DNA from: Candidatus Geothermarchaeota archaeon
GTDB lineage: Archaea > Thermoproteota > Nitrososphaeria > Geothermarchaeales > JDFR-13
DNA length: 64,000 nucleotides
NCBI GenBank assembly: GCA_015523725.1
Contig: WAJV01000107.1
Coordinates: 959 to 64,958 of the forward strand
Reading direction: 5' to 3'
A model generated the notes under the pieces. That model saw only the letters and a list, made by a program, of their open reading frames with translations. It did not search any database and had not been told where the DNA came from. Below are positions 41,030-51,793 of the stretch, one piece after another. The translations under genes were made by a program, and so were the position numbers. Within the stretch, counting starts at the first letter, position 1, and each line of letters opens with the position of its first letter.

Positions 41030-41677
41030 ATGAGTGTAGAAGACCTACCAATAATACTAGAAGACAGAGATAAACTGATGAAGATAAATCCATGGAAAAT
41101 AGATCTAAAGAAAGAGATAGAGAAAATACTAGAGTATTTCGATAAAAATGGATTAAATTATATTTTAGCCGGATACGCAGCAGACAATTCATCATTAGTC
41201 TTTAAGAGAAAAGTGGAGACCATAGAAAACATAACTAAACCATTTAAGAAAAGAAGAGCCGAGACAGAGGTGGAAAAAAATATTTTACTACCTGAGATCG
41301 AGGTCGCACACCTAATAGGTAAACCAATTATAGACCTCAGCGATATCATAAATAAATTAAGTGAAATACTTGAGAAAAGAATGAGTATGAAAGCAGGCCT
41401 CTCAGACCAAGATGAAGTAGACATATTAACAAATTATTACACAGAGACTATCTTAAGTGAAGAGAGGATACAGGAAATATGGAGAATCCTAAATGACGCA
41501 TTCAAAATAATTAAACCCCAAATATCGCTACTAGAAATAATCGAAACATTAACCCAATATACACCCTACATAATATTCTTCGCCATAATATTTCTCTACA
41601 TGGATGGGAAAATAGATGTGGATATAGTGGAGGAGGATGGCGTTGCAAAAGACATCATCATCAAAAAAATTGAGTAG
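41030..41677 (+). CDS. scpA: ScpA (kleisin)-like protein, immediately downstream of smc
   Basis: 215 aa. N-terminal INPWKIDL motif region and C-terminal winged helix. Position in the smc operon. Confidence 0.5.
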   Translation: MSVEDLPIILEDRDKLMKINPWKIDLKKEIEKILEYFDKNGLNYILAGYAADNSSLVFKRKVETIENITKPFKKRRAETEVEKNILLPEIEVAHLIGKPIIDLSDIINKLSEILEKRMSMKAGLSDQDEVDILTNYYTETILSEERIQEIWRILNDAFKIIKPQISLLEIIETLTQYTPYIIFFAIIFLYMDGKIDVDIVEEDGVAKDIIIKKIE

Positions 41678-42143
41678 GAAATTAGAGGGATTACTAGACG
41701 CCCTATTCTTTGCAACAACACGACCTATTAGTATAAACAGCATAATGAAGCTACTGGAGATTAAAGATAAGAAAGAGGCCAAAAAAATCATGAATCTCTA
41801 CATGGAAAACTTTAGACAAAAGATGTATGGAGTCAAAATCGTGAGGAGGGGAGAATACTTCTACCCAAAAATAGACGAGAAATACATCGAGAAAATAAGC
41901 GGATACTTACATCCCCCACCCCTAACCAACAAACAACTCGAGGTATTAGCATATATTTATGTAAACAAAAGGGTTAAAATGAGTGAATTAAGCAACATAT
42001 TTGGATCAAGAACATATAAAGACGTAAAGAAATTCATTAGATTAGGATTAGTTTCAAGGAGAAAGACAGAGCAAGGCTATATAGTAGAGATTAGGAAAGA
42101 GGCCGAGCCACTAATAATAAGAAAAAGAAGAAGGAGAAAATAG
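41637..42143 (+). CDS. scpB: ScpB-like tandem winged-helix protein
   Basis: LEGLLDALFFATTRPISINSIMKLL first wH and LTNKQLEVLAYIYVNKRVKMSEL second wH. Overlaps scpA. Confidence 0.5.
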   Translation: MALQKTSSSKKLSRKLEGLLDALFFATTRPISINSIMKLLEIKDKKEAKKIMNLYMENFRQKMYGVKIVRRGEYFYPKIDEKYIEKISGYLHPPPLTNKQLEVLAYIYVNKRVKMSELSNIFGSRTYKDVKKFIRLGLVSRRKTEQGYIVEIRKEAEPLIIRKRRRRK

Positions 42144-42200
42144 ATATTTAAATATAGGCAAAGTAATCTACGTATAATAAGTACATAAAGGTGTATACAA

Positions 42201-42596
42201 ATGGTTCAATGGCATTGGGACCTACATAAACGAAAAAAGACTGGAGGAAGAAGGAGAATATGGAGAAAGAAACGAAAGTATGAAAGAGGCGGCACACCGA
42301 CAGAAACCATACTAGGAGAAACCAAGATAAAAGTAGAGAGAGTTAAGGGAGGAAACATAAAAATAAGGGTATTTAGGGAACAATATGCAAATCTATATAT
42401 ACCCAACGAAAATAAAGTCGTAAAAACAAGAATACTGAGGGTATTATCAAATCCATCAAATAGAGACTATAGTAGGAGGGGTGTAATCACAAAAGGAGCA
42501 ATAATAGAGACCGAACACGGAGAAGCAATAGTAACATCTAGACCAGGCCAAGACGGGGTCATAAATGCAAAACTAGTAAAAGCAATAGAAAAATAA
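42201..42596 (+). CDS. rps8e: 30S ribosomal protein S8e
   Basis: N-terminus VQWHWDLHKRKKTGGRRR is typical of S8e. Confidence 0.85.
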   Translation: MVQWHWDLHKRKKTGGRRRIWRKKRKYERGGTPTETILGETKIKVERVKGGNIKIRVFREQYANLYIPNENKVVKTRILRVLSNPSNRDYSRRGVITKGAIIETEHGEAIVTSRPGQDGVINAKLVKAIEK

Positions 42597-42606
42597 TGAG
42601 GTAAAA

Positions 42607-42900
42607 ATGAGGCTAAAAGATGGATATGTGATTTGGACAGTATACTTCGACCAAAATATACCTAGAAGCAGAGGTAGAAAAATATCAAAAAATAAAGCCA
42701 TACCAAAGCCGACGTTAAATGAATTACAGGAAGCGGCGAGAAGAGCAGGATATAAACCAATATCAATTAGGAAGGCAAAATATCCGTCGCTATGGTGGGT
42801 AGAAGATTCCGGATATATAGTTATACAAAAGAAAGATTCCAAATATAAGGCTATTAAAGAGATAGCTAGAGAACTTAGGAGGATAAGGGGAGGAAAGTAA
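42607..42900 (+). CDS. srp19: signal recognition particle protein SRP19
   Basis: 97 aa. VIWTVYFDQNIPRSRGRKISK motif. Confidence 0.8.
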   Translation: MRLKDGYVIWTVYFDQNIPRSRGRKISKNKAIPKPTLNELQEAARRAGYKPISIRKAKYPSLWWVEDSGYIVIQKKDSKYKAIKEIARELRRIRGGK

Positions 42901-42988
42901 CCTTTAGATTTATTTTCAATACAATAATATAAATATTATTAGCACCATCAAAAATACATTTCTATCCTAATATGGAGAAGAGATAATT

Positions 42989-43231
42989 ATGAAGAAAGCC
43001 GGAAAAATAGTACACTACACAAAATACAAAGTCTTTGTCATCGAAGCAGAAGAAAAAATACTGCCAGAAGACAAACTTGTAGATGCAAAGGGCAGAGTGA
43101 TAGGTGAAGTAATCGATGTCATCGGCCCAATCAATAAACCATACCTAGTTGTAAAACCACTAGTCAACAAGCCGGAGAAACTCATCGGAGCAGAAGTCTA
43201 CTACTTAAAAAAGAGGAGGAGGGGACGATGA
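42989..43231 (+). CDS. gar1: H/ACA snoRNP protein Gar1
   Basis: 80 aa. AKGRVIGEVIDVIGPINKPYLVVKP Gar1 barrel. Confidence 0.8.
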   Translation: MKKAGKIVHYTKYKVFVIEAEEKILPEDKLVDAKGRVIGEVIDVIGPINKPYLVVKPLVNKPEKLIGAEVYYLKKRRRGR

Positions 43232-44049
43232 GCATAGACGAAGAATGTCCAATATGCGGAGGCAAGAGATTCAACTACGACAGACTAAACAATTCATATA
43301 TATGTACTACATGCGGCTATGTAATGGAAATATCAATGAGTATTAGGATGGACCCGCCCTTCCAAAAAACCGAGAGAAAAACAATAGGAAGAAAGGTAGA
43401 TGGTGAATTAATGGATATTAAAACAAGGATTAAATTACCCCTAGAAAAATACTTGGAAGAAATGTATTTAGAGTTAGAAAATCTACGAAGATTCTTCCCC
43501 ACAGTAAAAGAAGTGGATATTCAATTAGCAAAGAAAATATTGAAGAGATATATTGGGAGAAGTGGAAGAAAGATTAGGAGAAGAAAGAGGGAACTAGCTT
43601 TATCCCTACTATACCTCTCCACAAAAATAAACAAAATATATCCATTATCATCAAAAGAAATTTACTCAGTAGCAAAGAAACTAAAATTATCCGTGAGGGA
43701 CATTAGAAGAATTACCAAGGATATTATGAAGAAACTTGATATAAAAATAATGCCAAGGTATGAGGATGAAGAGAGGGAAATATTAAATAAAATTTGGAGG
43801 GAGTTGGGTAGAGATAAAAAAGTAAATGAATTAATAAGAAAGATTCACAAAGCCGTAAAAGAAAAAAAGATAGGTGTAGGTAAAACCAAGAAAACAATAA
43901 TAGCGTCAATAGCATATATAGCATATAAAATATATGGCTACAATGTCAGTCAAGATAAAATAGCTAGTATTGTAGGAATATCATCAGTCCCACTAAGAAA
44001 TATGGTTAAAGAAATAATGTTAAATGTATATTTTGAGGTACTACTTTAA
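43228..44049 (+). CDS. tfb: TFIIB-family transcription factor (divergent, short TFB paralog)
   Basis: N-terminal Zn ribbon CPICGGKRFNYDRLNNSYICTTCGY, followed by a lysine-rich cyclin-like region. Conserved gar1-tfb adjacency. Confidence 0.55.
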   Translation: MSIDEECPICGGKRFNYDRLNNSYICTTCGYVMEISMSIRMDPPFQKTERKTIGRKVDGELMDIKTRIKLPLEKYLEEMYLELENLRRFFPTVKEVDIQLAKKILKRYIGRSGRKIRRRKRELALSLLYLSTKINKIYPLSSKEIYSVAKKLKLSVRDIRRITKDIMKKLDIKIMPRYEDEEREILNKIWRELGRDKKVNELIRKIHKAVKEKKIGVGKTKKTIIASIAYIAYKIYGYNVSQDKIASIVGISSVPLRNMVKEIMLNVYFEVLL

Positions 44050-44107
44050 ATAAATATGAATTTATTACCTATAGAAACTATTATTTATTTAATAGACAAT
44101 GTATTAG

Positions 44108-44383
44108 ATGCATTTTAATACTTGTCTAATAAGAGTAGTGAAATATATGATGAAAAACGAGACAAAAGTATCTATAGAAGAAAAAGATAATGAAACACAG
44201 CTAAGGAAAAAAATTTTGATAGCCAAAAATAGGAGGAAAGCAATTGACTTTATTAAAGAAATATACTGCATTAAATGTGAATATAAGGAAGATTGCTCAG
44301 CAAGATATCCAGACTATATATATAAATGTCCATATATCATTGAATGGGCATTAGAAAAATATAAAGAACACCTCAATGAATAA
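44108..44383 (+). CDS. small Cys-rich hypothetical protein
   Basis: CIKCEYKEDC...YKCPY cluster. Confidence 0.3.
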   Translation: MHFNTCLIRVVKYMMKNETKVSIEEKDNETQLRKKILIAKNRRKAIDFIKEIYCIKCEYKEDCSARYPDYIYKCPYIIEWALEKYKEHLNE

Positions 44384-44397
44384 CTAAGATTGGCATT

Positions 44398-45066
44398 ATG
44401 AAAGACTGGGTTAGAAAAAGAAGGGAAAGAGATCCCTATAGAGAAAAAGCAAGGAAAATAGGTGTAAGAAGTAGAGCCTACTTTAAACTCATGGATATAG
44501 ATAGAAGATTCAATATATTAAAAACTGGAGACTTAGTTATAGACCTAGGAGCGTATCCAGGCGGATGGTTACAATATATATCCAGTAAGATCGGATATGA
44601 TGGACACGTCTATGGAATAGATATTAGAGAAATTGCTGAGTTCCCGGATAGGCCAAACATTACAACAATAAAAGGAGATGTATTCAAAAAAGAAACCATT
44701 GAAAAAATAAGTAAGATGATTAAAGAAAATAAAGTTGATGTCTTGGTCAGCGACCTCTCCCCAAACATAACAGGAATATGGGAATTAGACACCGAGAAAA
44801 TCTATGACTATAATAAGGTCACCATGAGATACATAGATAGATTCCTAAGAAAGGGAGGGACGGCCGTAATAAAATCATTTGAAGGCAGATACTCAGATAG
44901 GATAATTAAGATGGTTAAGAGACGGTTCAAATGGGTTGCAAAATACAAACCAAAAGCATCTAGAAAAAGAAGCGCAGAATTCTACATAATTGGACTAAAT
45001 TATCTAGGTAAAGACCGCAAAACCTTCATTAAAACATCGAGAGAACAATCAGACTTAAAACCATAA
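44398..45066 (+). CDS. rlmE: rRNA large subunit 2'-O-methyltransferase RlmE/FtsJ
   Basis: RSRAYFKLMDIDRRF...VIDLGAYPGGW motifs. Confidence 0.85.
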   Translation: MKDWVRKRRERDPYREKARKIGVRSRAYFKLMDIDRRFNILKTGDLVIDLGAYPGGWLQYISSKIGYDGHVYGIDIREIAEFPDRPNITTIKGDVFKKETIEKISKMIKENKVDVLVSDLSPNITGIWELDTEKIYDYNKVTMRYIDRFLRKGGTAVIKSFEGRYSDRIIKMVKRRFKWVAKYKPKASRKRSAEFYIIGLNYLGKDRKTFIKTSREQSDLKP

Positions 45067-46115
45067 GGAGAGAAATGGGTCCGCCCAACCCTATAACCCA
45101 ACTCAACCAACCTATCCATAACAACCTTCAAACGTGGAGGAGATCTTCTCAACCTAGAACATATAGCATGAAGATCAAAATAATATGGGGGGAAATCAGC
45201 CTCCTCCATTAATATGTTAAACAATTCCTTAGCCCTATCCCTATCCTCACCAACTAAAATATAGTTATAAAGCTCACCATCCAAGATCATCCTAATAAAC
45301 TCTTTATCATGAAGAGGCCCTATCCATAGAGGACCTAAAATAATTGATCCAGAAGGAATATGCAACCCCTCTCCAAGCCTCATCAAAGAATATACATTAA
45401 CCTTATCTCCACTCAATATAATATAGCCAATATACTCATATGGAAAACGCAACCTCCCCTCGAAAACCCTAACATATATTCTTGCATACTGCTCGGAAAA
45501 AACACTCAGCACAGGCTTAATGTATCTACCATGCCTACCAGCGGAGTCAAGAACAGATTTAATCAATATCCTTAAAGCAGCCTCGTGGCAAAACCAAGTT
45601 TTCCTAACTAATGAAGCATACTTTCTAAATGCAGCAGAGGGATATAATCCACACAAGGCAGTTAAATCAGTAGCAGTTATAGCCACCAAACCACCCTTCC
45701 TAACGGAGGAAACAAGGGCATCTATATAGGGTGCCGGAGACCCAAATGGATCCAAGTCAATAAAATCAAGCCTATACAACCCATCGGAAAACAAAAAACT
45801 CCTAACATCAAGATTAAAAACCTTAGCCCTAACCCCATTATCAACCACATTCCTCCTAATATTCTCATAAGCGGCTCTAGATCTATCGTTAAACCACACC
45901 TCCGATACAGAAGCCGACTCCAAATAATATCTAATTCCCCTCACACCAGTAGCAGCCATCACATCACCAACCACTATATCCCTCCCCCTCAACTTAGCCT
46001 CACAAACCAATACAGGAATCCCCAAAGACCTACTAAACCTTGCATAAGGATTATAAAACACTGAGTCATCCACCACAAACCTAGCAGCACCCTCATACAA
46101 GTATCTCATACCCAA
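45000..46115 (-). CDS. trm1: tRNA (guanine26-N2)-dimethyltransferase Trm1
   Basis: FYNP...DLDPFGSPAPYID catalytic motifs. 371 aa. Confidence 0.8.
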   Translation of the reverse strand: MGMRYLYEGAARFVVDDSVFYNPYARFSRSLGIPVLVCEAKLRGRDIVVGDVMAATGVRGIRYYLESASVSEVWFNDRSRAAYENIRRNVVDNGVRAKVFNLDVRSFLFSDGLYRLDFIDLDPFGSPAPYIDALVSSVRKGGLVAITATDLTALCGLYPSAAFRKYASLVRKTWFCHEAALRILIKSVLDSAGRHGRYIKPVLSVFSEQYARIYVRVFEGRLRFPYEYIGYIILSGDKVNVYSLMRLGEGLHIPSGSIILGPLWIGPLHDKEFIRMILDGELYNYILVGEDRDRAKELFNILMEEADFPPYYFDLHAICSRLRRSPPRLKVVMDRLVELGYRVGRTHFSPYGFKSDCSLDVLMKVLRSLPR

Positions 46116-46165
46116 TTCTTAATCACCACACCTAAGAATCTATATATTATATACCAGACGTTATT

Positions 46166-46732
46166 ATGATTATTGACATGATAAAGATATTTATAACTGG
46201 ACCTCCAGGAGTCGGTAAAACAACAATTATCAACAGATTATATGAAACACTTAAACTATACGGATATAATCCCGGTGGATTCATAACCTATGAAATTAGG
46301 GAGGGAGGCGTTAGAGTCGGGTTCACAATAAAATCACTAAATACGAATAAAGAGGGTATACTAGCCCACATAAAGCAGCCAAATGGACCATCCATCGGAA
46401 AATACAGAGTAAACCTAAAAAACCTAGAGGAAATCGGAGTGAAATCCATAATCGACTCCCTCAAAGACAATAATGTAAGCATAATATTGGTAGATGAAAT
46501 TGGACCCATGGAGATGACATCAATAAAATTCAAGGAAGCTATTAGACACCTCCTAGACTCGGATAAACCAGCTATAATGACTGTCCACTATAGAATATCG
46601 ACGCAACTAAATAAATTATTCTATACAGAGAGAGAGACAAAATTATATATGGTGACTAGGGATAATAGAGAAGCAATACCATATATTATATGGAGGGACA
46701 TTAGGTCGAGGGGATTGTTAGGTGATAGATGA
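46166..46732 (+). CDS. THEP1-type nucleoside-triphosphatase
   Basis: IFITGPPGVGKTTI Walker A and ILVDEIGPME Walker B. 188 aa. Confidence 0.75.
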   Translation: MIIDMIKIFITGPPGVGKTTIINRLYETLKLYGYNPGGFITYEIREGGVRVGFTIKSLNTNKEGILAHIKQPNGPSIGKYRVNLKNLEEIGVKSIIDSLKDNNVSIILVDEIGPMEMTSIKFKEAIRHLLDSDKPAIMTVHYRISTQLNKLFYTERETKLYMVTRDNREAIPYIIWRDIRSRGLLGDR

Positions 46733-47417
46733 CACCATCTATATAATGGGTATAGATGAAGCTGGGCGTGGCCCAGTAATAGGTCCGATGATAATAGCCG
46801 GCGTCATCGCCACACCCAGCCAAATAGAGACATTAAATAAACAGGTCAAAAAAGACTCCAAAAAATACTCTCCACTCAAGAGAAGTACTTTATATGAATA
46901 TATACACAACATAGCTAGAGACATATATATAGAGAGGATAAACGCTCAGGAAATAGATGAATGGGTGTTGGGCAAAGGCGGATTAAATGAAATGGAAGCA
47001 TACTACACATCAAAAATAATTAAGAAAGCCCTAACAAAACATAAAGTATCGATGGTATATGTGGATGCATGTGATGCATCAGAAGAATCATATAAAAAAA
47101 GAATCGAGAAATATCTAGGGCCAGTCAAGAACCAAGTAACCATAATATCTGAACATAAAGCAGATGAAAAATACACAATAGTATCGGCTGCAAGCATCGT
47201 TGCGAAGATAATTAGAGATAGAGAAATAGATGACCTGAAAAAAATATATGGGGACTTCGGAAGCGGCTATCCCTCTGACCCCCGTACAAAAGAATTCATC
47301 CTAAAAATAGAAGATATAGAGAAATTAAGTATTATTAGAAAGAGTTGGAAACCAATAAAGAGGATAATGGAGAAGAAGAATTTCAAGGACTTAGGTGAGT
47401 ATATTGGACATATTTGA
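46722..47417 (+). CDS. rnhB: ribonuclease HII
   Basis: MGIDEAGRGPVIGPM catalytic DEAGRG motif. Confidence 0.85.
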   Translation: MIDDTIYIMGIDEAGRGPVIGPMIIAGVIATPSQIETLNKQVKKDSKKYSPLKRSTLYEYIHNIARDIYIERINAQEIDEWVLGKGGLNEMEAYYTSKIIKKALTKHKVSMVYVDACDASEESYKKRIEKYLGPVKNQVTIISEHKADEKYTIVSAASIVAKIIRDREIDDLKKIYGDFGSGYPSDPRTKEFILKIEDIEKLSIIRKSWKPIKRIMEKKNFKDLGEYIGHI

Positions 47418-48087
47418 TAGATTAAAAGACTTGCTATCAACACATGAAAAAGACATGCTTAAAGCAATTAAACAACATATTGAACTATCAATTAAAGCAT
47501 TGAGCCTACTTATTGAACAATTTGAGAGAGAGGGAGAAGAGGATAAGAAACTATATAGAGGAGAGATTGAGAGACTGGAGAAGAGGGGAGATTTATCGGT
47601 CTCAAAACTAACCAAACTAATATTTGGTGGGGCAGTAATGGTCCCCCTACAAAATTACCTAATAAAATTAATTGATATAATAGACGACATACTAGACACG
47701 ATACACTTCCTATCCGGAGAAGACTATAGAAAATTATATTTTAAGAGACTAAGAGGTGAAAAAGCAAGAGAAGTGGAGGAAGAAATATTGAATTATCTTA
47801 AATATACATCTAAAGCGCTAGAAAAACTAAATGAAATGGTTACATACGCGATAAACAATGAATGGGAAACTTTAGTAAAGTTATCCGAGGAGGTTGAAAA
47901 GATTGAGGAGGAGGGAGACGATATTAAACACCACATGATTGACGAAATATATCGAAACTGGGATAAAATCAGGGAACCATATTTCTCATACTTGACTCAA
48001 TTCATATACATGGTAGACCAAATACAAGATTTAACCGAAGATGCATCAAATATGCTACTCATCACCATTCAATATATGCATGGGTAA
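47395..48087 (+). CDS. DUF47 (PhoU-like) protein, putative regulator paired with PiT transporter
   Basis: All-helical 230 aa. Adjacent to the PiT permease as in the canonical DUF47-PiT pairs. Confidence 0.45.
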   Translation: MSILDIFDRLKDLLSTHEKDMLKAIKQHIELSIKALSLLIEQFEREGEEDKKLYRGEIERLEKRGDLSVSKLTKLIFGGAVMVPLQNYLIKLIDIIDDILDTIHFLSGEDYRKLYFKRLRGEKAREVEEEILNYLKYTSKALEKLNEMVTYAINNEWETLVKLSEEVEKIEEEGDDIKHHMIDEIYRNWDKIREPYFSYLTQFIYMVDQIQDLTEDASNMLLITIQYMHG

Positions 48088-48099
48088 CACTGGATAAAA

Positions 48100-49065
48100 A
48101 TGATCCTAGAAATTCTCTTACTAATCCTAACATTATTTACAATAACACTCCTAACCGGTAATAACATAGGAACCATTAGAGGCCCATTCAAATCACTGGG
48201 GGAGATAAGGAAATTATCCACAATAACAATATTATTTGGAGTATTGATAGGTGTAATAGCAGAAGGCTGGAAGTTAAATAGATTCTATACCGCATACCAA
48301 TTATCAGGTATTGAAGTATTAATATTATTAATTAGCACCACATTCCTAGTACTCATTGGAAACATATATAGAACACCCATATCACTAAACATGTCTATTA
48401 TATCCGGTGTATGGGGTATAAACCTAGCAGCCTCAAACAACTTCGACATCGAATACACCCTCCTGATTATAGCTGCATGGATAACACTCCCACTAATAAG
48501 TATAGTATCATCAGCCGCAATATCCCACATAATAACTAGAAAAAATTTATTGAGGGGGTGGGGAGGCTACTCAATCGAGAAAATCATATCAATAATATCA
48601 ACACTATTTCTAGCATATGTATTCGGTGCGAACACAATAGGACTAATAATATCCATAGTATCGCCGAATCTTAGAATATTTTATGGAGACATAATTCTAC
48701 TATTGGGTATAACAGCATCATATTTAATCGGTATGAAATATTTATCCGGAAGTCTTGAAGCCGGGTTAGCATTCAATATATATAATATAGGCCTAGTCTC
48801 ACTCATATCGAGCCAAATATCCACATTTATCATGCTTGAAATAGCCACACAATTCGGCTTACCAATATCCTTAACCCAAGTCTTCACAATATCACTCATC
48901 GGCGCCTCCCTAAGCCGCAGATTAAAACTAATCAATATTAGATATATAATTCATATGTCCAAAGTCTGGATAACTTCACTTATACTAGGATTCACAATAT
49001 CCATAACACTATATATTCTCCTAAATCTACTCACGATAAATTATCCAGTCCTCCTAACAAGGTAA
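48100..49065 (+). CDS. PiT-family inorganic phosphate/sulfate permease (putative)
   Basis: Polytopic 321 aa. LTGNNIGTIRGPF resembles the PiT GANDVAN-region motif. Two-fold internal repeat. Confidence 0.45.
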   Translation: MILEILLLILTLFTITLLTGNNIGTIRGPFKSLGEIRKLSTITILFGVLIGVIAEGWKLNRFYTAYQLSGIEVLILLISTTFLVLIGNIYRTPISLNMSIISGVWGINLAASNNFDIEYTLLIIAAWITLPLISIVSSAAISHIITRKNLLRGWGGYSIEKIISIISTLFLAYVFGANTIGLIISIVSPNLRIFYGDIILLLGITASYLIGMKYLSGSLEAGLAFNIYNIGLVSLISSQISTFIMLEIATQFGLPISLTQVFTISLIGASLSRRLKLINIRYIIHMSKVWITSLILGFTISITLYILLNLLTINYPVLLTR

Positions 49066-51665
49066 GCAACAACCAAGGAAATTACCAAAGCAACTACGAA
49101 GTAAATATAATATCTGACCAATAGATTCTCCCTAACTACCAATTTAGTAGATGGTATATCATCCCTACCGAGTACAACCTTATAAACACCATTAAATACA
49201 TAATCCACGGAAATATTGATCACATACTCCCCTGGCTTAAGACCAGTAATAATATAATCTTTCTCAAACCCAGCCCCAGATAATGCAACGGCCTCACTAA
49301 CCTCCGTCCCACCGCCTTTGAAAGCTAAGCCACTAGGCAATACAATATTTAAATTAACCGAGTCAATACAATCAACACAGTCACTCTCGATCCTAACCAC
49401 TAATCTCGAGGTCTTACCCTCAGTAACATCAGCTGGAGACAAATGAACCGAGACCCTCACACCATATACAAAAGTTATATTAAAGTCTCCTAAAACAACC
49501 TCCCTCAAAATACCTCCATAAATAAATGATGCCTTAACCCCATTTATGGAGTAGTTACCCTCCTCAGTAGACCTAACCACGATATCAACGGTCTTACTAT
49601 CTCCACCATATACTATGGAAACATTGTTACCAGCATATGTCACGTTCAAAGCCTCGGAGAAGGAGTCGGCCGAAACAGTATAATTGAAGATAGAGTAATC
49701 ACCATTATTACTCAAACTAACATTAATATAGTAGGGGAACTTCGTTATCATCTTACCTCCAGAGGAACTTAATTTAACTATAACTGAATTATTATAGTAA
49801 ATATCCACCCCAGTCTCTATAGAATATGAATAAGATGGTGTCATCACATTTACCACAAAAATTGGATAGAGGAATGGCTTACTTGACGTAACATTGAAAA
49901 TAGCTGAGAAAGATTTTTTAGCACCCACTCCAAGCGCGAACCCATGGACAATTATACTTGAGTCATTTAGTGAATAGTCTCCACCAGAGTATTTTATATC
50001 AGAGATAATGCTTTCTAAATTAGCCTTGACACTTACATCGGTAGCATCTACTAATCCAGCATTCTCAATAGATACAGTTACATTAAGCAAACTATTATTA
50101 ATATAATGTTGTTCATCCAACTTAACAGAAGGCCAATATATTTTATTCGGAGTATAGGCAACATAGGTTTCTGGAGAAGTTATGTTAAAATTCATCGAGC
50201 CAATCATATAAGTAGCTTTACCAAAAACAGGTAGGATTATGTCCAACGGCGACTCCACATTAACACTCGATTCCACTATCCTCTCCTCTCCAGGAGCCAA
50301 TGAGCCAATTACATACTCGCCTACTATTAGATTATCAACCGATACAGAGCCTCTGTTCTTAACCACCAGCTTATAATTGAAGGGCTTACCTAGCTCAGCC
50401 TTCGCATTAGGAATATCCATAGTAAGGTCTATAAAGCCTCCATTTGAATGGATATACTGAGTCTGAGAAAAATATGTTAATGATTGATTATTTGATAGTT
50501 TAACGATAGCCTTGGCAGACCCTATATAAATATCTTGACTCAAATTCTCAATCCTAACAACATATTTGATTATCCTACTCTGACCTCCCTTCAAATCAGT
50601 TACATTACCCTCTACAACACCAGATACAAGAGATACTCCGGGCTGATCCCACCACGGATACTCCTTAACAACAACCTTACCTACACTCACCTTACCAACA
50701 TTCTCAATCTTGAGGTAAACCTCATAAACCCCCCCAGCTGAAAAATCAGTACTATTAAAATCTCTAGTGACCACTATCAGTGGGTAATCCAACCTCAACT
50801 CAATATCCAGGGGATTAAGCTTCGACCCTGGAGAGGTTGATCCACTAATAATCATGAAGCGAGTCTTAGAATCACTCAAACTAACATTATATATACTAGG
50901 TATCTTAGATAACATAATATACCTTGAATAAATTGTGAAATCCACTGTATTCGTGTCATTGGGATAAGGCTCCCAATCTATCTGACCCAATAAATTCTTG
51001 AAACCGCCAGGATTCCTATTGATAAAAGAAATAAATAGGTCTGCAACTCCATTATCAACATCAGCCAATAAAGTTATGTTATAATAGTCAAAGTCAGTCA
51101 TTCTCGTGACTGGAGTCCACTTGGCTACTGCATAGCCTAAATTATCTATGAAACCTAGTAATTTACTCTTATAAACTATGTCACTATACGGAGATAAATA
51201 TATGTATGATCCATTGTCCACCTGATACCTCATAAAAGCCAACATAAGTCTATTAGAAAAATCTTTAGCTACAGCATCCACATCCATGGATGTGGATGAA
51301 GGAGTCAACACTAATAACGCCTTACTACCCGGCACATATAATAGACCAGTACCATTATACCATAAGCCATCAAGAAAATAATTATAAGTATTTTTCCAAT
51401 CACTATTCTTAATAAAACTAAGTTTAAAACTCTTTAAACCACCCCCGAATCCACCCAACAGACTCGACAAACTATTATATAAATCAGCGGAATTTCGAAG
51501 ACCCAACCTAATTAACAACGAATCATACCCCACAAATATCTTTACAGACTCATTTACAGAGCCTTGAGCATACACGGCTCCCGGGCGACTAATATAACTA
51601 AATAAACCCAATAGTAAAATCACCAATATTACGATACGTATACTCCTCACCTTAGACACCAGCAA
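49041..51665 (-). CDS. large extracellular surface protein (S-layer/cell-surface glycoprotein candidate), signal peptide + C-terminal TM anchor
   Basis: N-terminal signal ILVILLLGLFSYISRPGAVYA. Beta-rich Ser/Thr/Asn-rich body with many N-x-S/T sequons. C-terminal YIYFVVALVISLVVAYLVRR anchor. Confidence 0.6.
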   Translation of the reverse strand: MLVSKVRSIRIVILVILLLGLFSYISRPGAVYAQGSVNESVKIFVGYDSLLIRLGLRNSADLYNSLSSLLGGFGGGLKSFKLSFIKNSDWKNTYNYFLDGLWYNGTGLLYVPGSKALLVLTPSSTSMDVDAVAKDFSNRLMLAFMRYQVDNGSYIYLSPYSDIVYKSKLLGFIDNLGYAVAKWTPVTRMTDFDYYNITLLADVDNGVADLFISFINRNPGGFKNLLGQIDWEPYPNDTNTVDFTIYSRYIMLSKIPSIYNVSLSDSKTRFMIISGSTSPGSKLNPLDIELRLDYPLIVVTRDFNSTDFSAGGVYEVYLKIENVGKVSVGKVVVKEYPWWDQPGVSLVSGVVEGNVTDLKGGQSRIIKYVVRIENLSQDIYIGSAKAIVKLSNNQSLTYFSQTQYIHSNGGFIDLTMDIPNAKAELGKPFNYKLVVKNRGSVSVDNLIVGEYVIGSLAPGEERIVESSVNVESPLDIILPVFGKATYMIGSMNFNITSPETYVAYTPNKIYWPSVKLDEQHYINNSLLNVTVSIENAGLVDATDVSVKANLESIISDIKYSGGDYSLNDSSIIVHGFALGVGAKKSFSAIFNVTSSKPFLYPIFVVNVMTPSYSYSIETGVDIYYNNSVIVKLSSSGGKMITKFPYYINVSLSNNGDYSIFNYTVSADSFSEALNVTYAGNNVSIVYGGDSKTVDIVVRSTEEGNYSINGVKASFIYGGILREVVLGDFNITFVYGVRVSVHLSPADVTEGKTSRLVVRIESDCVDCIDSVNLNIVLPSGLAFKGGGTEVSEAVALSGAGFEKDYIITGLKPGEYVINISVDYVFNGVYKVVLGRDDIPSTKLVVRENLLVRYYIYFVVALVISLVVAYLVRRTG

Positions 51666-51793
51666 CCAAACTTGAAACAGCCTAATTAACCGTGGCTGTG
51701 AAATATAGATTATAATAATCTATGTCTTAAAAACGAGATATATAAATTTATTCAATATATGGTGTGGAGAAAGGATAGATAGTTATCATCAGC

